Position numbers and translations under genes: made by a program | Shown: piece by piece, positions 9,150 through 18,204 of the stretch | Layout of the letters: every line of letters starts with the position of its first letter | Position numbering within the stretch: position 1 is the first letter of the stretch | The notes under the pieces: model-generated | Seen by the model: only the letters and a program-made list of their open reading frames with translations | Database searches by the model: none | Told to the model about the DNA's origin: nothing | Assembly: GCA_050250375.1 (NCBI GenBank) | Contig: JBFWOS010000001.1 | Span: forward strand, 1,150,361-1,214,360 | DNA length: 64,000 bases | Direction of reading: 5' to 3' | Source of the DNA: Candidatus Omnitrophota bacterium | Lineage (GTDB): Bacteria > Omnitrophota > Gorgyraeia > Zapsychrales > Zapsychraceae

Positions 9150-10804
9150 CAGTGAACCACCATGGCGCTTAGTTTACGAAGCACCTTTTTAACCGACGCC
9201 CGGTAGTTCCCGGAATCTGTCTCTTCAAACCCGCATTTTGAATAAAATTTCTCAGCTGAAAGATTCTTTGCTGTCGGGACAAATTCAGCCCGGAGTTCAT
9301 CGATCCCGATTTGTACTAAATCCCCTAAAATCAACTCCATAAACTGAAATTCCACATTTCTTCCCAGAATCCGGCAGCTCAAAAGATATGTGTCCAGGAC
9401 GGCAGTATTATCCGCCTCATTTGTCACGATCGCTGCCCCGACGATCCCTTCGTCTCCGAATCTGTCCTTATATCTCAGACCATAAACAAACACCCGGCCG
9501 TTATTGACCAGCGATTCGATTTGATTGACCTGGTACCGTTTTGTCGTCAGATTAAACTGATTGGTTTTCTGCGTTAATTGTGAGATCCGCGCCAAATAGT
9601 CCTTTGGGTTTTTCAAAATCTCCAATTGAATATCCAGTGACTTTAAATATTCATTGATATCCAATTCTTTTGACAGATTTTCACGATTGATCATGTTCTT
9701 ATATTGGCGATCTTTGTCACGGTCTTCTTGTGTCAGTCTTGTCTTGCCAAAATAAGGGTAGATTACGGCATTAATCAGCCAATTTTTTAATGCGGCGGTA
9801 TTTCGTGGAAATTCGGGAACGGCAATATCCGGAAGGGCTTCCTTAATCATGAGTCTTTCCTGAGCCGAGTCGTCAATCATGACCATGGAATCCAATCCAA
9901 TATTTAATTCAGTCGCGATCTGCTGCAAATTCACCGGCTTGTTATCCCAGTTCACCTTGGTGATCACAAAATCTTGCCAGGTTAATACCATCATCCGGTT
10001 TTTTTCGAAAACTTCCCTTACATCTTTCTCATTATTTTTGGAATTAATAGCCAATAAAACGCCTTGTTCTTTCAACGACTTAATTGTTTTCTGAAAATCC
10101 CGGAACGCCTTTCCCGGGCCCTCTTCGGATAAATCAATACCTAGCGGCCCTTCTTCACCCACAATGCCGCCCCACAACACATTATCCAGATCGCAAACAA
10201 GGAGCTTGCGGGACTTCCCTTCGTAAGCGCGAATCAACTCGTTAAACTCATGGCAAATGGCGCTGAACCCGATCTCAGTATATTTTATCCGCCCCAGATA
10301 CCAATACTTCTCATCACAGAGCGACTCAAATCCAAACCGTTTGATGATCCGGTGAAAATTAAATACTAGAACATTTTGATGGGATTGAACAAAGTTGGAC
10401 AAAATGCGTCCGAGTTCGACTTCAATTTTGCTGAATGAATAATCTGAATTTAATTCTAAAAAATTAGTAATGGTTTGCGGAGGAAAAACCAAGCTGGATA
10501 AAATCATATTTCTGTCAGGATTTTTCTCCGCCCATTTTCCGGAAACACTGAGCAGCATGGTGAATGAATCAATAATTTTTTGTTCATCCGGGAAAGTATA
10601 AAAACCGTCCCGCAGAAACTCTTCAGCATCCAGATGCAGCCACACGTATCGGTATGCGCCGCGGTTAACACCGGATCCTTCATCCATCAGTTCCTGCATA
10701 AACTGGCCGTAAGGACAAAAATAAGGAACGCCGAGGCCGGCATCATCACAATGCGATTTGGCCGGTTCCATATTTACGTTGCTTAGGATAGCGATCTTAT
10801 TCAT
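9149..10804 (-). CDS. fkbH: FkbH-like HAD-IIIC glyceryl-ACP transferase/phosphatase
   Basis: DLDNVLWGG, SKNN, KTNQFNLTT, DRFGDEG and LLSCRILGR signatures. Confidence 0.92.
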   Translation of the reverse strand: MNKIAILSNVNMEPAKSHCDDAGLGVPYFCPYGQFMQELMDEGSGVNRGAYRYVWLHLDAEEFLRDGFYTFPDEQKIIDSFTMLLSVSGKWAEKNPDRNMILSSLVFPPQTITNFLELNSDYSFSKIEVELGRILSNFVQSHQNVLVFNFHRIIKRFGFESLCDEKYWYLGRIKYTEIGFSAICHEFNELIRAYEGKSRKLLVCDLDNVLWGGIVGEEGPLGIDLSEEGPGKAFRDFQKTIKSLKEQGVLLAINSKNNEKDVREVFEKNRMMVLTWQDFVITKVNWDNKPVNLQQIATELNIGLDSMVMIDDSAQERLMIKEALPDIAVPEFPRNTAALKNWLINAVIYPYFGKTRLTQEDRDKDRQYKNMINRENLSKELDINEYLKSLDIQLEILKNPKDYLARISQLTQKTNQFNLTTKRYQVNQIESLVNNGRVFVYGLRYKDRFGDEGIVGAAIVTNEADNTAVLDTYLLSCRILGRNVEFQFMELILGDLVQIGIDELRAEFVPTAKNLSAEKFYSKCGFEETDSGNYRASVKKVLRKLSAMVVH

Positions 10805-11216
10805 GCCCCCCCTCGATCAACTCTATCAATCCGTAAGATACATATAAAAAAGCAACCCTCCGCATTCCGAACAGTTTAGCCGGTTTAGGCGGACTGACCA
10901 GAACCACATCTTTTGTTTTAAATTCTTTTATTTTTTTATCTAAGTCGGGGACTTCATAACACACATGTGCGTAACGGATCCCTTTATCGAGGAGACCATT
11001 GACCTTCGTGCCGGAAATTAGTTCAAGGTTAATATCATCATCAACGTTAATTAAACACACCTTCGCATCTTGGTGTTCATCATACAAAACCGGGCTTTCC
11101 TGGTTAACCTGGTGAATTTTCTTCAGTTCTTCCAGTTCAAAAGCAATATCCTTACAAATAATCCCAATATGGTGGAGTTTCATGAATGGATTCCTGAGAC
11201 TTAAATAATAGTACAA
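10797..11216 (-). CDS. VOC family protein (methylmalonyl-CoA epimerase-like)
   Basis: HHIGI, LELI, HVCYEV and IELIE metal-binding motifs; likely start at MKLHH. Confidence 0.82.
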   Translation of the reverse strand: MYYYLSLRNPFMKLHHIGIICKDIAFELEELKKIHQVNQESPVLYDEHQDAKVCLINVDDDINLELISGTKVNGLLDKGIRYAHVCYEVPDLDKKIKEFKTKDVVLVSPPKPAKLFGMRRVAFLYVSYGLIELIEGGHE

Positions 11217-12247
11217 ATAATTTCATTATTCAGTTTTAACTGATTTTCCAGAACGGCCTGGGCGGCCTTCAATCCGCCGGCCTGCAGACGGATCACCGGT
11301 TCATACCCGATGTCTGACGGAAGAATTCCCATGTGGCCGCTCTTAACATCCTGCGGAAAATACCTGATCCCTTCCCGGTCGAGCGCCCTTGTGTCGATAT
11401 CCCCGGCAAACCGCAGCAGAACGGCATTGGGAAACTGTTTCTTTACCTGATCCACCGGTATGACAGCGCGGTCAGAAATCCAGATCTGGTCAAACGGATA
11501 AGCCGTAAAAATAACCGCCTGGCAATTTTTGAATGAATCATCTTTTAAATCTTCCAACCGGTCAGTCAACCAAACCGCGCCGCCGTTATATTGAACCCGG
11601 TTACGCGGCGTGTCGATCACCCCCAGCCTGGCCCCCTGTTTGATCAATGTCCTGGCGATATACGGACCGAAATCGTTATTACACATTAATACAAATGTAT
11701 TATTTTCGACAGATAGCCCGGACCGGCGGATCAACTCCGCGGCCATCTCCCCAAGATATTCAAATACACCAACGGATGGGTGGCGTTCGTTGACCGCCGC
11801 CACGGGGATCTTCTGTTTTTGACAATAATCCAGATCCAGATCGTCATCGCGCAGTTCCCAGGCTTCGTACATTAATGCCACCACACAGCCCTTTTTGACA
11901 TGTTGGAGTTTATCCTGGTCCAAAGGCCGTAAATGACCGGAATTGGTAATGATATCCGCATGATGAATAACTTCAGCCGACAGCCATTCACTCAGACGGA
12001 CATGATCAAGATTGAACAATTTTAATTTCTGGTTCAATTCCGCAAAAATCTCAGACGTAGTCCCGTAGGATGTTGACCGCCCAACCGCATAGACCTCGGC
12101 TCCGGCCAAACCCGCAATTAACGGGGTCACGCAATATGGCCCGTTCGCCGCTTCCGTCAAGACAACTCGCCCGGACAGATCAAGGTTCAATTCTTGTATA
12201 GCTTTTTCAATGCTTTGTTTTAAATGCTGGTCATCCATGATGAACAT
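11201..12247 (-). CDS. Hypothetical protein in sugar-modification cluster (possible Rossmann-like enzyme)
   Basis: Long ORF overlapping both neighbours; no motif recognised with certainty. Confidence 0.7.
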   Translation of the reverse strand: MFIMDDQHLKQSIEKAIQELNLDLSGRVVLTEAANGPYCVTPLIAGLAGAEVYAVGRSTSYGTTSEIFAELNQKLKLFNLDHVRLSEWLSAEVIHHADIITNSGHLRPLDQDKLQHVKKGCVVALMYEAWELRDDDLDLDYCQKQKIPVAAVNERHPSVGVFEYLGEMAAELIRRSGLSVENNTFVLMCNNDFGPYIARTLIKQGARLGVIDTPRNRVQYNGGAVWLTDRLEDLKDDSFKNCQAVIFTAYPFDQIWISDRAVIPVDQVKKQFPNAVLLRFAGDIDTRALDREGIRYFPQDVKSGHMGILPSDIGYEPVIRLQAGGLKAAQAVLENQLKLNNEIICTII

Positions 12248-13484
12248 TAGAAACCGCCATTTTTAATTGCTCAATGATTAGTTCCATGCCTTTTTCCGAG
12301 AGGGTATGATAAACAGGCAAAATAATGACCTGGTCCCGCGCAGCCTCCGAGTCAGGCAATTGCCACATGGCATTCAGATAAGGTTGTTCCTGGTGTATAT
12401 TCATAATTCCCCGGCGGGTCGCGATATCATGGTCCATTAAATACTGCATAATTTCATCCCGGCTTCTGGGTGATGATTCGAGTATCCTGACGGGAAAACT
12501 TTGCCAATTTGTTTTACAATACGCCGGTTCTTCAGCCATCTTAAAACAACCGATATCGTTGAGTTTACTTTTATAGATTTCGACCATTTTTCTCCGCTGC
12601 TCAATAATCTTCGGCAATTTTTTAAGCTGTTCCAACCCGATGGCGGCCTGTATATCCGTCATCCGGTAATTAAAGGCGGTTGTTGTGTATTGTTCGAACT
12701 GGATTGTTTTAGATTCATGCCGCTGCACGTCAGACACATCCATCCCCTGGTGGCGTAAAAGCCTTAATTGACGGTCTAATTCAGGATTATTAGTCGTAAT
12801 CATACCCCCTTCCCCCGTCGTAATCACTTTGCGCGGATGGAAAGAAAAACAGGCCACATCCCCCCGGGGACGTCCAATCTTTTCAAACGTCAGACTGCCA
12901 TCGAAGGAAATCTCACTCCCGACAGCGCAGGCCGCATCTTCAACCACCGGAAGATTATATTTTTGAGCCAATGGAAGTATCTTGCCCAAATCACACGGCA
13001 TCCCCATCTGGTGGACCACAAGCAAGGCCGCGATCCGGCCGATATGCTGTTCAATATAATGAAAGGGGTTCTCCTCGCAGGACAATTGATGCACATTTTT
13101 AAAATATAGACCGTCAGGACGCTCCTCACATTCCGTCTGAAAAAACTCCTCTAACCGCTGTACCGACATGTTATAAGTATCCGGGGCAATATCTATAAAG
13201 ACCGGCTCTGCCGAACATTGTCTGACCGCGTTCGCCGTGGCAATAAACGAATGACTGACGGTAAGGACCACATCTCCGGGACTTACCCCGCACACTTTCA
13301 GAGCCAGATGCAAAGCCGTTGTGCAGTTCGACGTTGCGCAGGCATAGTCGGCTCCGACATATTGTTTGAAAGCATTCTCGAATTCGGCAACTTTAGGTCC
13401 CTGGGTGACCCAGCCGGACAAAATTACTTCCTGTACGGCCTTGACTTCCTCATCGGTTAAATATGGTTTGGCAACTGGAATCAT
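12231..13484 (-). CDS. DegT/DnrJ/EryC1/StrS sugar aminotransferase
   Basis: SNCTTALHLAL, EDAAC, FSFHPRKVITTGEGG and NYRMTDIQAA motifs. Confidence 0.93.
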   Translation of the reverse strand: MIPVAKPYLTDEEVKAVQEVILSGWVTQGPKVAEFENAFKQYVGADYACATSNCTTALHLALKVCGVSPGDVVLTVSHSFIATANAVRQCSAEPVFIDIAPDTYNMSVQRLEEFFQTECEERPDGLYFKNVHQLSCEENPFHYIEQHIGRIAALLVVHQMGMPCDLGKILPLAQKYNLPVVEDAACAVGSEISFDGSLTFEKIGRPRGDVACFSFHPRKVITTGEGGMITTNNPELDRQLRLLRHQGMDVSDVQRHESKTIQFEQYTTTAFNYRMTDIQAAIGLEQLKKLPKIIEQRRKMVEIYKSKLNDIGCFKMAEEPAYCKTNWQSFPVRILESSPRSRDEIMQYLMDHDIATRRGIMNIHQEQPYLNAMWQLPDSEAARDQVIILPVYHTLSEKGMELIIEQLKMAVSNVHHG

Positions 13485-14461
13485 GTTGTTATCGTTTGTG
13501 GTTGTTCATCGAGCCATTTCACCAGGCTTTTCAATCCGTCTTTCAAGGAAACTTTCGCCTGAAACCCAATCATCTGCCGGGCCTTGGTCACATCGGCCAG
13601 ACGACGCATCACTTCAACTTTATTCCGCTCTTCAGGCAACGGTATATATTTCGGTTTTAAATCAGAACCCATAACTTCAATCAACGTATAACAAAGCTCC
13701 TCAAGTGAGGTCTCTTCTCCACAAGCGATATTCAAGGCTTCATTGGTGACATCCGATTTAAGGGCCGCTATACCCGCACGGGCAATATCGCCCACATAAA
13801 TAAAATCCATCGTTTGTTTTCCGTCACCGTAAATCAACGGCTGTTTCCCTTCTTTGATCAAATTGTACCAACGGATCAAGACCTCCGTGTACTTTCCGTG
13901 CGTGTCCATGCGTGGTCCATAAATATTGAAAAAACGCAGGGCCAAAAAATCCAATCCGTACATGCTGTAAAACGACCGGCACATGAGCTCGTTGGCCATC
14001 TTGGCCGCCCCGTATAACGTGTAATTGTTATACGGGTGTTGTGTTTCCGGTGTAGGAAACTGGTCAGCCTGCCCATAAACAGATGCCGATGAAGCCAGAA
14101 CAATTTTCTTAACCTTATAATCGACGCACGCCTCCAGCACATTAAACGTTCCGTCATACATCGTAGACAATGCCTCCCGCGGTTCAGCGACACAATGTGT
14201 GATCCGAAGCGCGGCCAGATGAAAACAAAAATCAATATCGCTGAAGGCCTCAATGATCAGCGGCAGGTTACGGATGTCGCCTTTGATGAGATGGACCTTG
14301 CCCGTCCCGAGAGCTTCGCGGATATTTTTATCCGAACCACGAAAAAAATTATCAAGGACTACAATCTTCTCGACCTGTTCATTGAGCAACTGTTCAACGA
14401 TAAAAGATCCGACAAATCCGGCCCCTCCCGTAATCATGATTCGGCTGTTTTTAATATCCAT
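13481..14461 (-). CDS. NAD-dependent nucleotide-sugar epimerase/dehydratase
   Basis: TGGAGFVG, YGAAK and RFFNIYGPR motifs. Confidence 0.93.
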   Translation of the reverse strand: MDIKNSRIMITGGAGFVGSFIVEQLLNEQVEKIVVLDNFFRGSDKNIREALGTGKVHLIKGDIRNLPLIIEAFSDIDFCFHLAALRITHCVAEPREALSTMYDGTFNVLEACVDYKVKKIVLASSASVYGQADQFPTPETQHPYNNYTLYGAAKMANELMCRSFYSMYGLDFLALRFFNIYGPRMDTHGKYTEVLIRWYNLIKEGKQPLIYGDGKQTMDFIYVGDIARAGIAALKSDVTNEALNIACGEETSLEELCYTLIEVMGSDLKPKYIPLPEERNKVEVMRRLADVTKARQMIGFQAKVSLKDGLKSLVKWLDEQPQTITT

Positions 14462-14466
14462 ACGAC

Positions 14467-15471
14467 TTAAATTTTAATAACCTTTCCCCCGTGTTTTAGG
14501 GATTTGTCCGTTGCTTCCAGCATCCGGACCACCCGTAACCCGGCGTGACCGTCATTGATGGGTGTTTGACGGTTTTCAATACATTGGACCATATGAATCA
14601 GTTCCTGTTTGAGTGCTTCGCTCTGGTCAACCCGAGGAGAACGCATGTCGCCAAGGCGGTAGTCAATTAAAGAACGATAAATTCCCTCTTTGGTGTCAAT
14701 ATCAACACCCTTATCATAAATCTTGATCTTTTCGTCCGTCTGTAGGTCGTCCCATACCAGCATCCGTTTGCTTCCACCGATCAGGGTGTTGCGAACTTTG
14801 ACCGGCGATAACCAATTAAAATTAAAATGCGCGATCAAATTGTCCTCAAAATACATCGTCACATAAGCGATGTTTTCAATCCCGCGGTCGAAATGATCAA
14901 TCCCTACCGCGCTGATTTTGTTAGGGGTTTTCTGGAGCAGAAAATCGAGGATTGAAAAATCATGGGGCGCCAGATCCCAAATCACATTGACATCCTGCTG
15001 GAACAACCCTAAGTTGACCCGGGTCGAATCATAATAATAAATGGCCCCCAGAGAATCATTCTTGATTTCTTCCTTGATCCGTTTGACTGCCCCGGTGAAT
15101 AAAAACGTGTGATCGACCATAATGGTCAGATTGTTTTTTTCCGCCAGGGTAATCAGTTCCTCGGCCTGTTTGACATTGAAGGTAAACGGCTTCTCCACAA
15201 AAATGTGTTTGCCGCTTTCCAAGGCCCGTTTAGCCAGCTGAAAATGAGTCGAAACAGGGGTCACGATCGCGGCAACATCAATATTCGGGTCCCTGAAAAT
15301 ATCTTCCGGGTCCGTCGTCACATCAATATTAGGATAGTTTTCCTGAACCCGTTTAAGGACTTTTGGGTTCAAATCGCAGACTGTCCTGACAGTCGTTTCC
15401 CTGATGGCCGTGAGGTTACGGACAATATTGGGCCCCCAGTACCCGTACCCGATGACACCGAAATTTAACAT
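14467..15471 (-). CDS. Gfo/Idh/MocA oxidoreductase (WbpB/GnnA-like sugar dehydrogenase)
   Basis: GYGYWG, VEKP and DLAPHD motifs. Confidence 0.92.
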   Translation of the reverse strand: MLNFGVIGYGYWGPNIVRNLTAIRETTVRTVCDLNPKVLKRVQENYPNIDVTTDPEDIFRDPNIDVAAIVTPVSTHFQLAKRALESGKHIFVEKPFTFNVKQAEELITLAEKNNLTIMVDHTFLFTGAVKRIKEEIKNDSLGAIYYYDSTRVNLGLFQQDVNVIWDLAPHDFSILDFLLQKTPNKISAVGIDHFDRGIENIAYVTMYFEDNLIAHFNFNWLSPVKVRNTLIGGSKRMLVWDDLQTDEKIKIYDKGVDIDTKEGIYRSLIDYRLGDMRSPRVDQSEALKQELIHMVQCIENRQTPINDGHAGLRVVRMLEATDKSLKHGGKVIKI

Positions 15472-15705
15472 AGGAAATAATTTTTTAAGGTCAGTCTATT
15501 CATAACAACTGTGATTGTTGATGATAATAAATATGGCATACGCCATTATACAATCAAACGTACCCACGGAAAAGATTGATCACGATTATTTTGATATCTA
15601 TTCCCTGTAGTCAGGATGTGAATAAATGGTTGTGAGATTGAACGGGACATTCCTGCGTGTTATACTACTGAAAATTTACACACACCTTCCAAAAAAGAAA
15701 ACGCA

Positions 15706-17304
15706 TTGGACCCAAAACGACATCTTCTATATTTTATCCTGGCCGGATTGTTCGGGATCGCCATTTTGACACCCCAGATTAATTTTCAGTCAGCCATATC
15801 CGTAGGCGACCACGGCCTCAATTATTACGCGTTCCAACGTATCGCAAATGGAGATCAACTCTACAAGGATTTCTGGTGGGGGTATGGACCGCTTTCTCCT
15901 TATTATTACGCCGCTTTCTATAAATTTTTCGGTGAAACCATGAGCAGTGTTTTATTAGGCCGCATGTTGCTGATTTATATTTCCGGATTGTTCTGTTATC
16001 TGACCGTCGCCTGTTTTTCTCCGCCTTTGTTAGCCCTGGCCGCATCCCTCTGGTTCTGGATCTATAATCCAGATTTCTTTTATGGATACAATCACACCGG
16101 GGCTTTTACTGTTTTCCTGGCCCTGACGTATTTTTTATTTTCCTATTACAAAACCGCCCGCCCGCGTTACATTGGTTATTCATTCATCGTCCTGTTTTTC
16201 CTGAATATGATCCGGATCAATATGGGACTAGCCCTTTTGACCGGATTGATCGTGACGGTGTTCATGACCGACAAATATGTTCACCGAAAAAATGAACAGC
16301 GCAATCTGGTCCGCAATCTGGCTTGCGGATTGGGCATATGTATCATCAGCGGGTTAATTTACTGGATCATGTTTTCGGGACTGCCGGCCTATGCGGTGAT
16401 GCAATGTATGCCGTATTTCAGCAAGGTGTACCACTCCGCGTCATCATCCATCAAATATTTCATGTATTTTAAGTTTCTGTATATGATCACCAGCCACTCC
16501 TGGCGTTATATCCTTACCTTCGGTGTGGTCGTAACAGCTATAATCCTGACGATCCGGGAACTGAAGAACCCTTCAACCGACAAGAAGATCAAAACCGACA
16601 TTCTATTTGCGCTCGGGACAATCTCCGGACTAATCGTACTCGTTTCACATGAATTTATCATGGGTTACCAGCTTTACCGCGTCAACTGGACCATTCCGTA
16701 CCAGATGGTATTGTTTTGTTTAACGATCGGATTTGCCGTCAGAAAATATACCCCCAACATCCGTTACGCCGTGATCCTGTTTATCCTGTTTGTGGCCTTG
16801 TTTGATTCCTTCCGTTACCTGAATCGCGTTGACAAATTAAAAGCACCCGGCCAGATGATCCTCGTAGAAAACGCGCAGATCTTTGTTGGCAATCAGCCGG
16901 AATGGATCAGGACAGTCGAACAAACAACATATTATCTGGACTCTATTCTGGAAGATGATGAAACATTTTTTGCCCTGCCCTATGAACCGCTTTATTATTA
17001 TCTCACCCACCGTAAGTCACCCACTTGGCACGTGCTGATGATGGTGGGCAGTGAATTGAATGATATTCAGGAACAGCAAATGATCGAAACTCTAAAAAAC
17101 AAAAAGATCAGGTATGTTCTGTTATCTAACCGCTATCGATCAAAGGAATTGGATATGGGCGAATTGGGGGTTACTCATTTGAAGGAATTAGCTAAATACA
17201 TCAACGACCATTTTCAGACAGAAGCGACGTTCGGGTTTTGGGACGCTGACCCGGGCTGGAACTTCAACCATGGGCTGAAGATCTTGAAAAGAATTGAACC
17301 TTAA
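15706..17304 (+). CDS. Multi-pass membrane protein, probable GT-C (ArnT/PMT-like) glycosyltransferase
   Basis: Many TM helices; N-terminal loop GDHG...LYKDFWWGYGPL typical of GT-C enzymes; soluble C-terminal domain; divergent from the sugar cluster. Confidence 0.7.
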   Translation: MDPKRHLLYFILAGLFGIAILTPQINFQSAISVGDHGLNYYAFQRIANGDQLYKDFWWGYGPLSPYYYAAFYKFFGETMSSVLLGRMLLIYISGLFCYLTVACFSPPLLALAASLWFWIYNPDFFYGYNHTGAFTVFLALTYFLFSYYKTARPRYIGYSFIVLFFLNMIRINMGLALLTGLIVTVFMTDKYVHRKNEQRNLVRNLACGLGICIISGLIYWIMFSGLPAYAVMQCMPYFSKVYHSASSSIKYFMYFKFLYMITSHSWRYILTFGVVVTAIILTIRELKNPSTDKKIKTDILFALGTISGLIVLVSHEFIMGYQLYRVNWTIPYQMVLFCLTIGFAVRKYTPNIRYAVILFILFVALFDSFRYLNRVDKLKAPGQMILVENAQIFVGNQPEWIRTVEQTTYYLDSILEDDETFFALPYEPLYYYLTHRKSPTWHVLMMVGSELNDIQEQQMIETLKNKKIRYVLLSNRYRSKELDMGELGVTHLKELAKYINDHFQTEATFGFWDADPGWNFNHGLKILKRIEP

Positions 17305-17396
17305 TTCTTTTATATTTATAAAAAAACCTACTTTGCGGTTATAATCTCAAAACGATACCACTTCGTAGGGCTGCTTTCTCTAATATTAAAGTAGGG

Positions 17397-17437
17397 GTCG
17401 TCACCCGTTGGAGCATCGGGTGACGACTTGTTTTTTT
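17397..17437 (+). terminator. Intrinsic terminator
   Basis: Perfect 11-bp stem GTCGTCACCCG/CGGGTGACGAC followed by TTGTTTTTTT. Confidence 0.7.
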
Positions 17438-17457
17438 CGCTTCGCGAAAAATCTGGT

Positions 17458-17521
17458 GGGCCGCCAAAACATCTGTTTTGGCGAGTCTCACCAGATTTTT
17501 TTCTTTGAAAAAAATCTGGTG
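17458..17521. repeat. tRNA-linked palindromic element, copy 1
   Basis: GGGCCGCCAAAA..TTTTGGCGAGTCTCACCA plus a 15-bp hairpin that includes the tRNA CCA; homologous to 32973-33030. Confidence 0.65.
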
Positions 17522-17593
17522 GGCGATGGAGGAATCGAACCCCCGACCCTCTGAATGTAAGTCAGATGCTCTAACCAACTGAGCTAATCGCCC
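17517..17593 (-). tRNA. tRNA-Val(TAC)
   Basis: GGGCGATTAGCTCAGTTGGTTAGAGCA-TCTGA-CTTACAT-TCAGA...GTTCGATTC...CGCCCACCA cloverleaf. Confidence 0.97.
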
Positions 17594-17625
17594 GAAATTA
17601 CTGAAAACTCAAATTTCGCGCCACC

Positions 17626-17654
17626 TTTATACCAAATTTTAGGAATGCTGTAAA
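17626..17654 (-). promoter_or_regulatory. Sigma70 promoter of tRNA-Val
   Basis: TTTACA-N17-TATAAA followed by a GC-rich discriminator. Confidence 0.65.
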
Positions 17655-17680
17655 GAAGGATTTGTCCGAAGCAGACTGTT

Positions 17681-17995
17681 TTACCAGATCCGTTCACTGT
17701 CGGAACACCATAACTCAGAGACCTCATTGGTCGCCAAATCTATCGTGCCGTGAATCTCATCTGTATACTTGACGGCATACCGGGTGTTATTGAACCGGAA
17801 CATATGTTTATTTCCGGATGGGTAAACTCCTCCAAATACCTCTTTCAATGCATCCAGCGTAATCGGCTGGCTTAACTGAAGGCAGGCTGCATGCATTTCT
17901 TCAATCTCGTTCGGTCCGGAGAATTTCTCTGAAGCGAACTTAAAGCCAAACACAACCAATCCAATAACGACAATTAATATTAAAATTTTATCCAC
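17681..17995 (-). CDS. Small membrane-anchored hypothetical protein
   Basis: GTG start with GGAGG RBS; N-terminal TM helix; two Cys. Confidence 0.7.
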   Translation of the reverse strand: MDKILILIVVIGLVVFGFKFASEKFSGPNEIEEMHAACLQLSQPITLDALKEVFGGVYPSGNKHMFRFNNTRYAVKYTDEIHGTIDLATNEVSELWCSDSERIW

Positions 17996-18126
17996 TCCGG
18001 ACCTCCTTGTTTAACACCGGCTAAATTTCAAATATCGATTTTGATATACAATTGTTCATTATTCTAGAAGATTCCCTATACGACTACAAGCAATAAGAAT
18101 ATTGTGTGTTTTTCAAGCAACTTCTC

Positions 18127-18168
18127 AAAAAAACAGAAAAGCCACCTTTTAGGTGGCCTTTCTGTTTT
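18127..18168 (-). terminator. Intrinsic terminator after the GH5 gene
   Basis: AAAACAGAAAGGCCACC..GGTGGCTTTTCTGTTTTTTT on the minus strand. Confidence 0.8.
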
Positions 18169-18204
18169 AATTAAATAAAAATCAACGGTTGTTTCTCAGC
18201 AGGA

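Noticed and set aside
8362-11216. Polyketide/tetronate biosynthetic cluster suggested by FkbH plus ACP
   Set aside because: No KS, FabH-like or NRPS genes; the context is nucleotide-sugar and glycosyltransferase genes.
17447-17524. attL/attR of an integrated island at tRNA-Val
   Set aside because: The duplicated tRNA 3' ends are only 63 bp apart with no integrase; reported as a small repeat instead.
17339-17578. 79-aa ORF (and the 60-aa ORF at 32949-33131)
   Set aside because: Both overlap real tRNA genes and hairpins; spurious.
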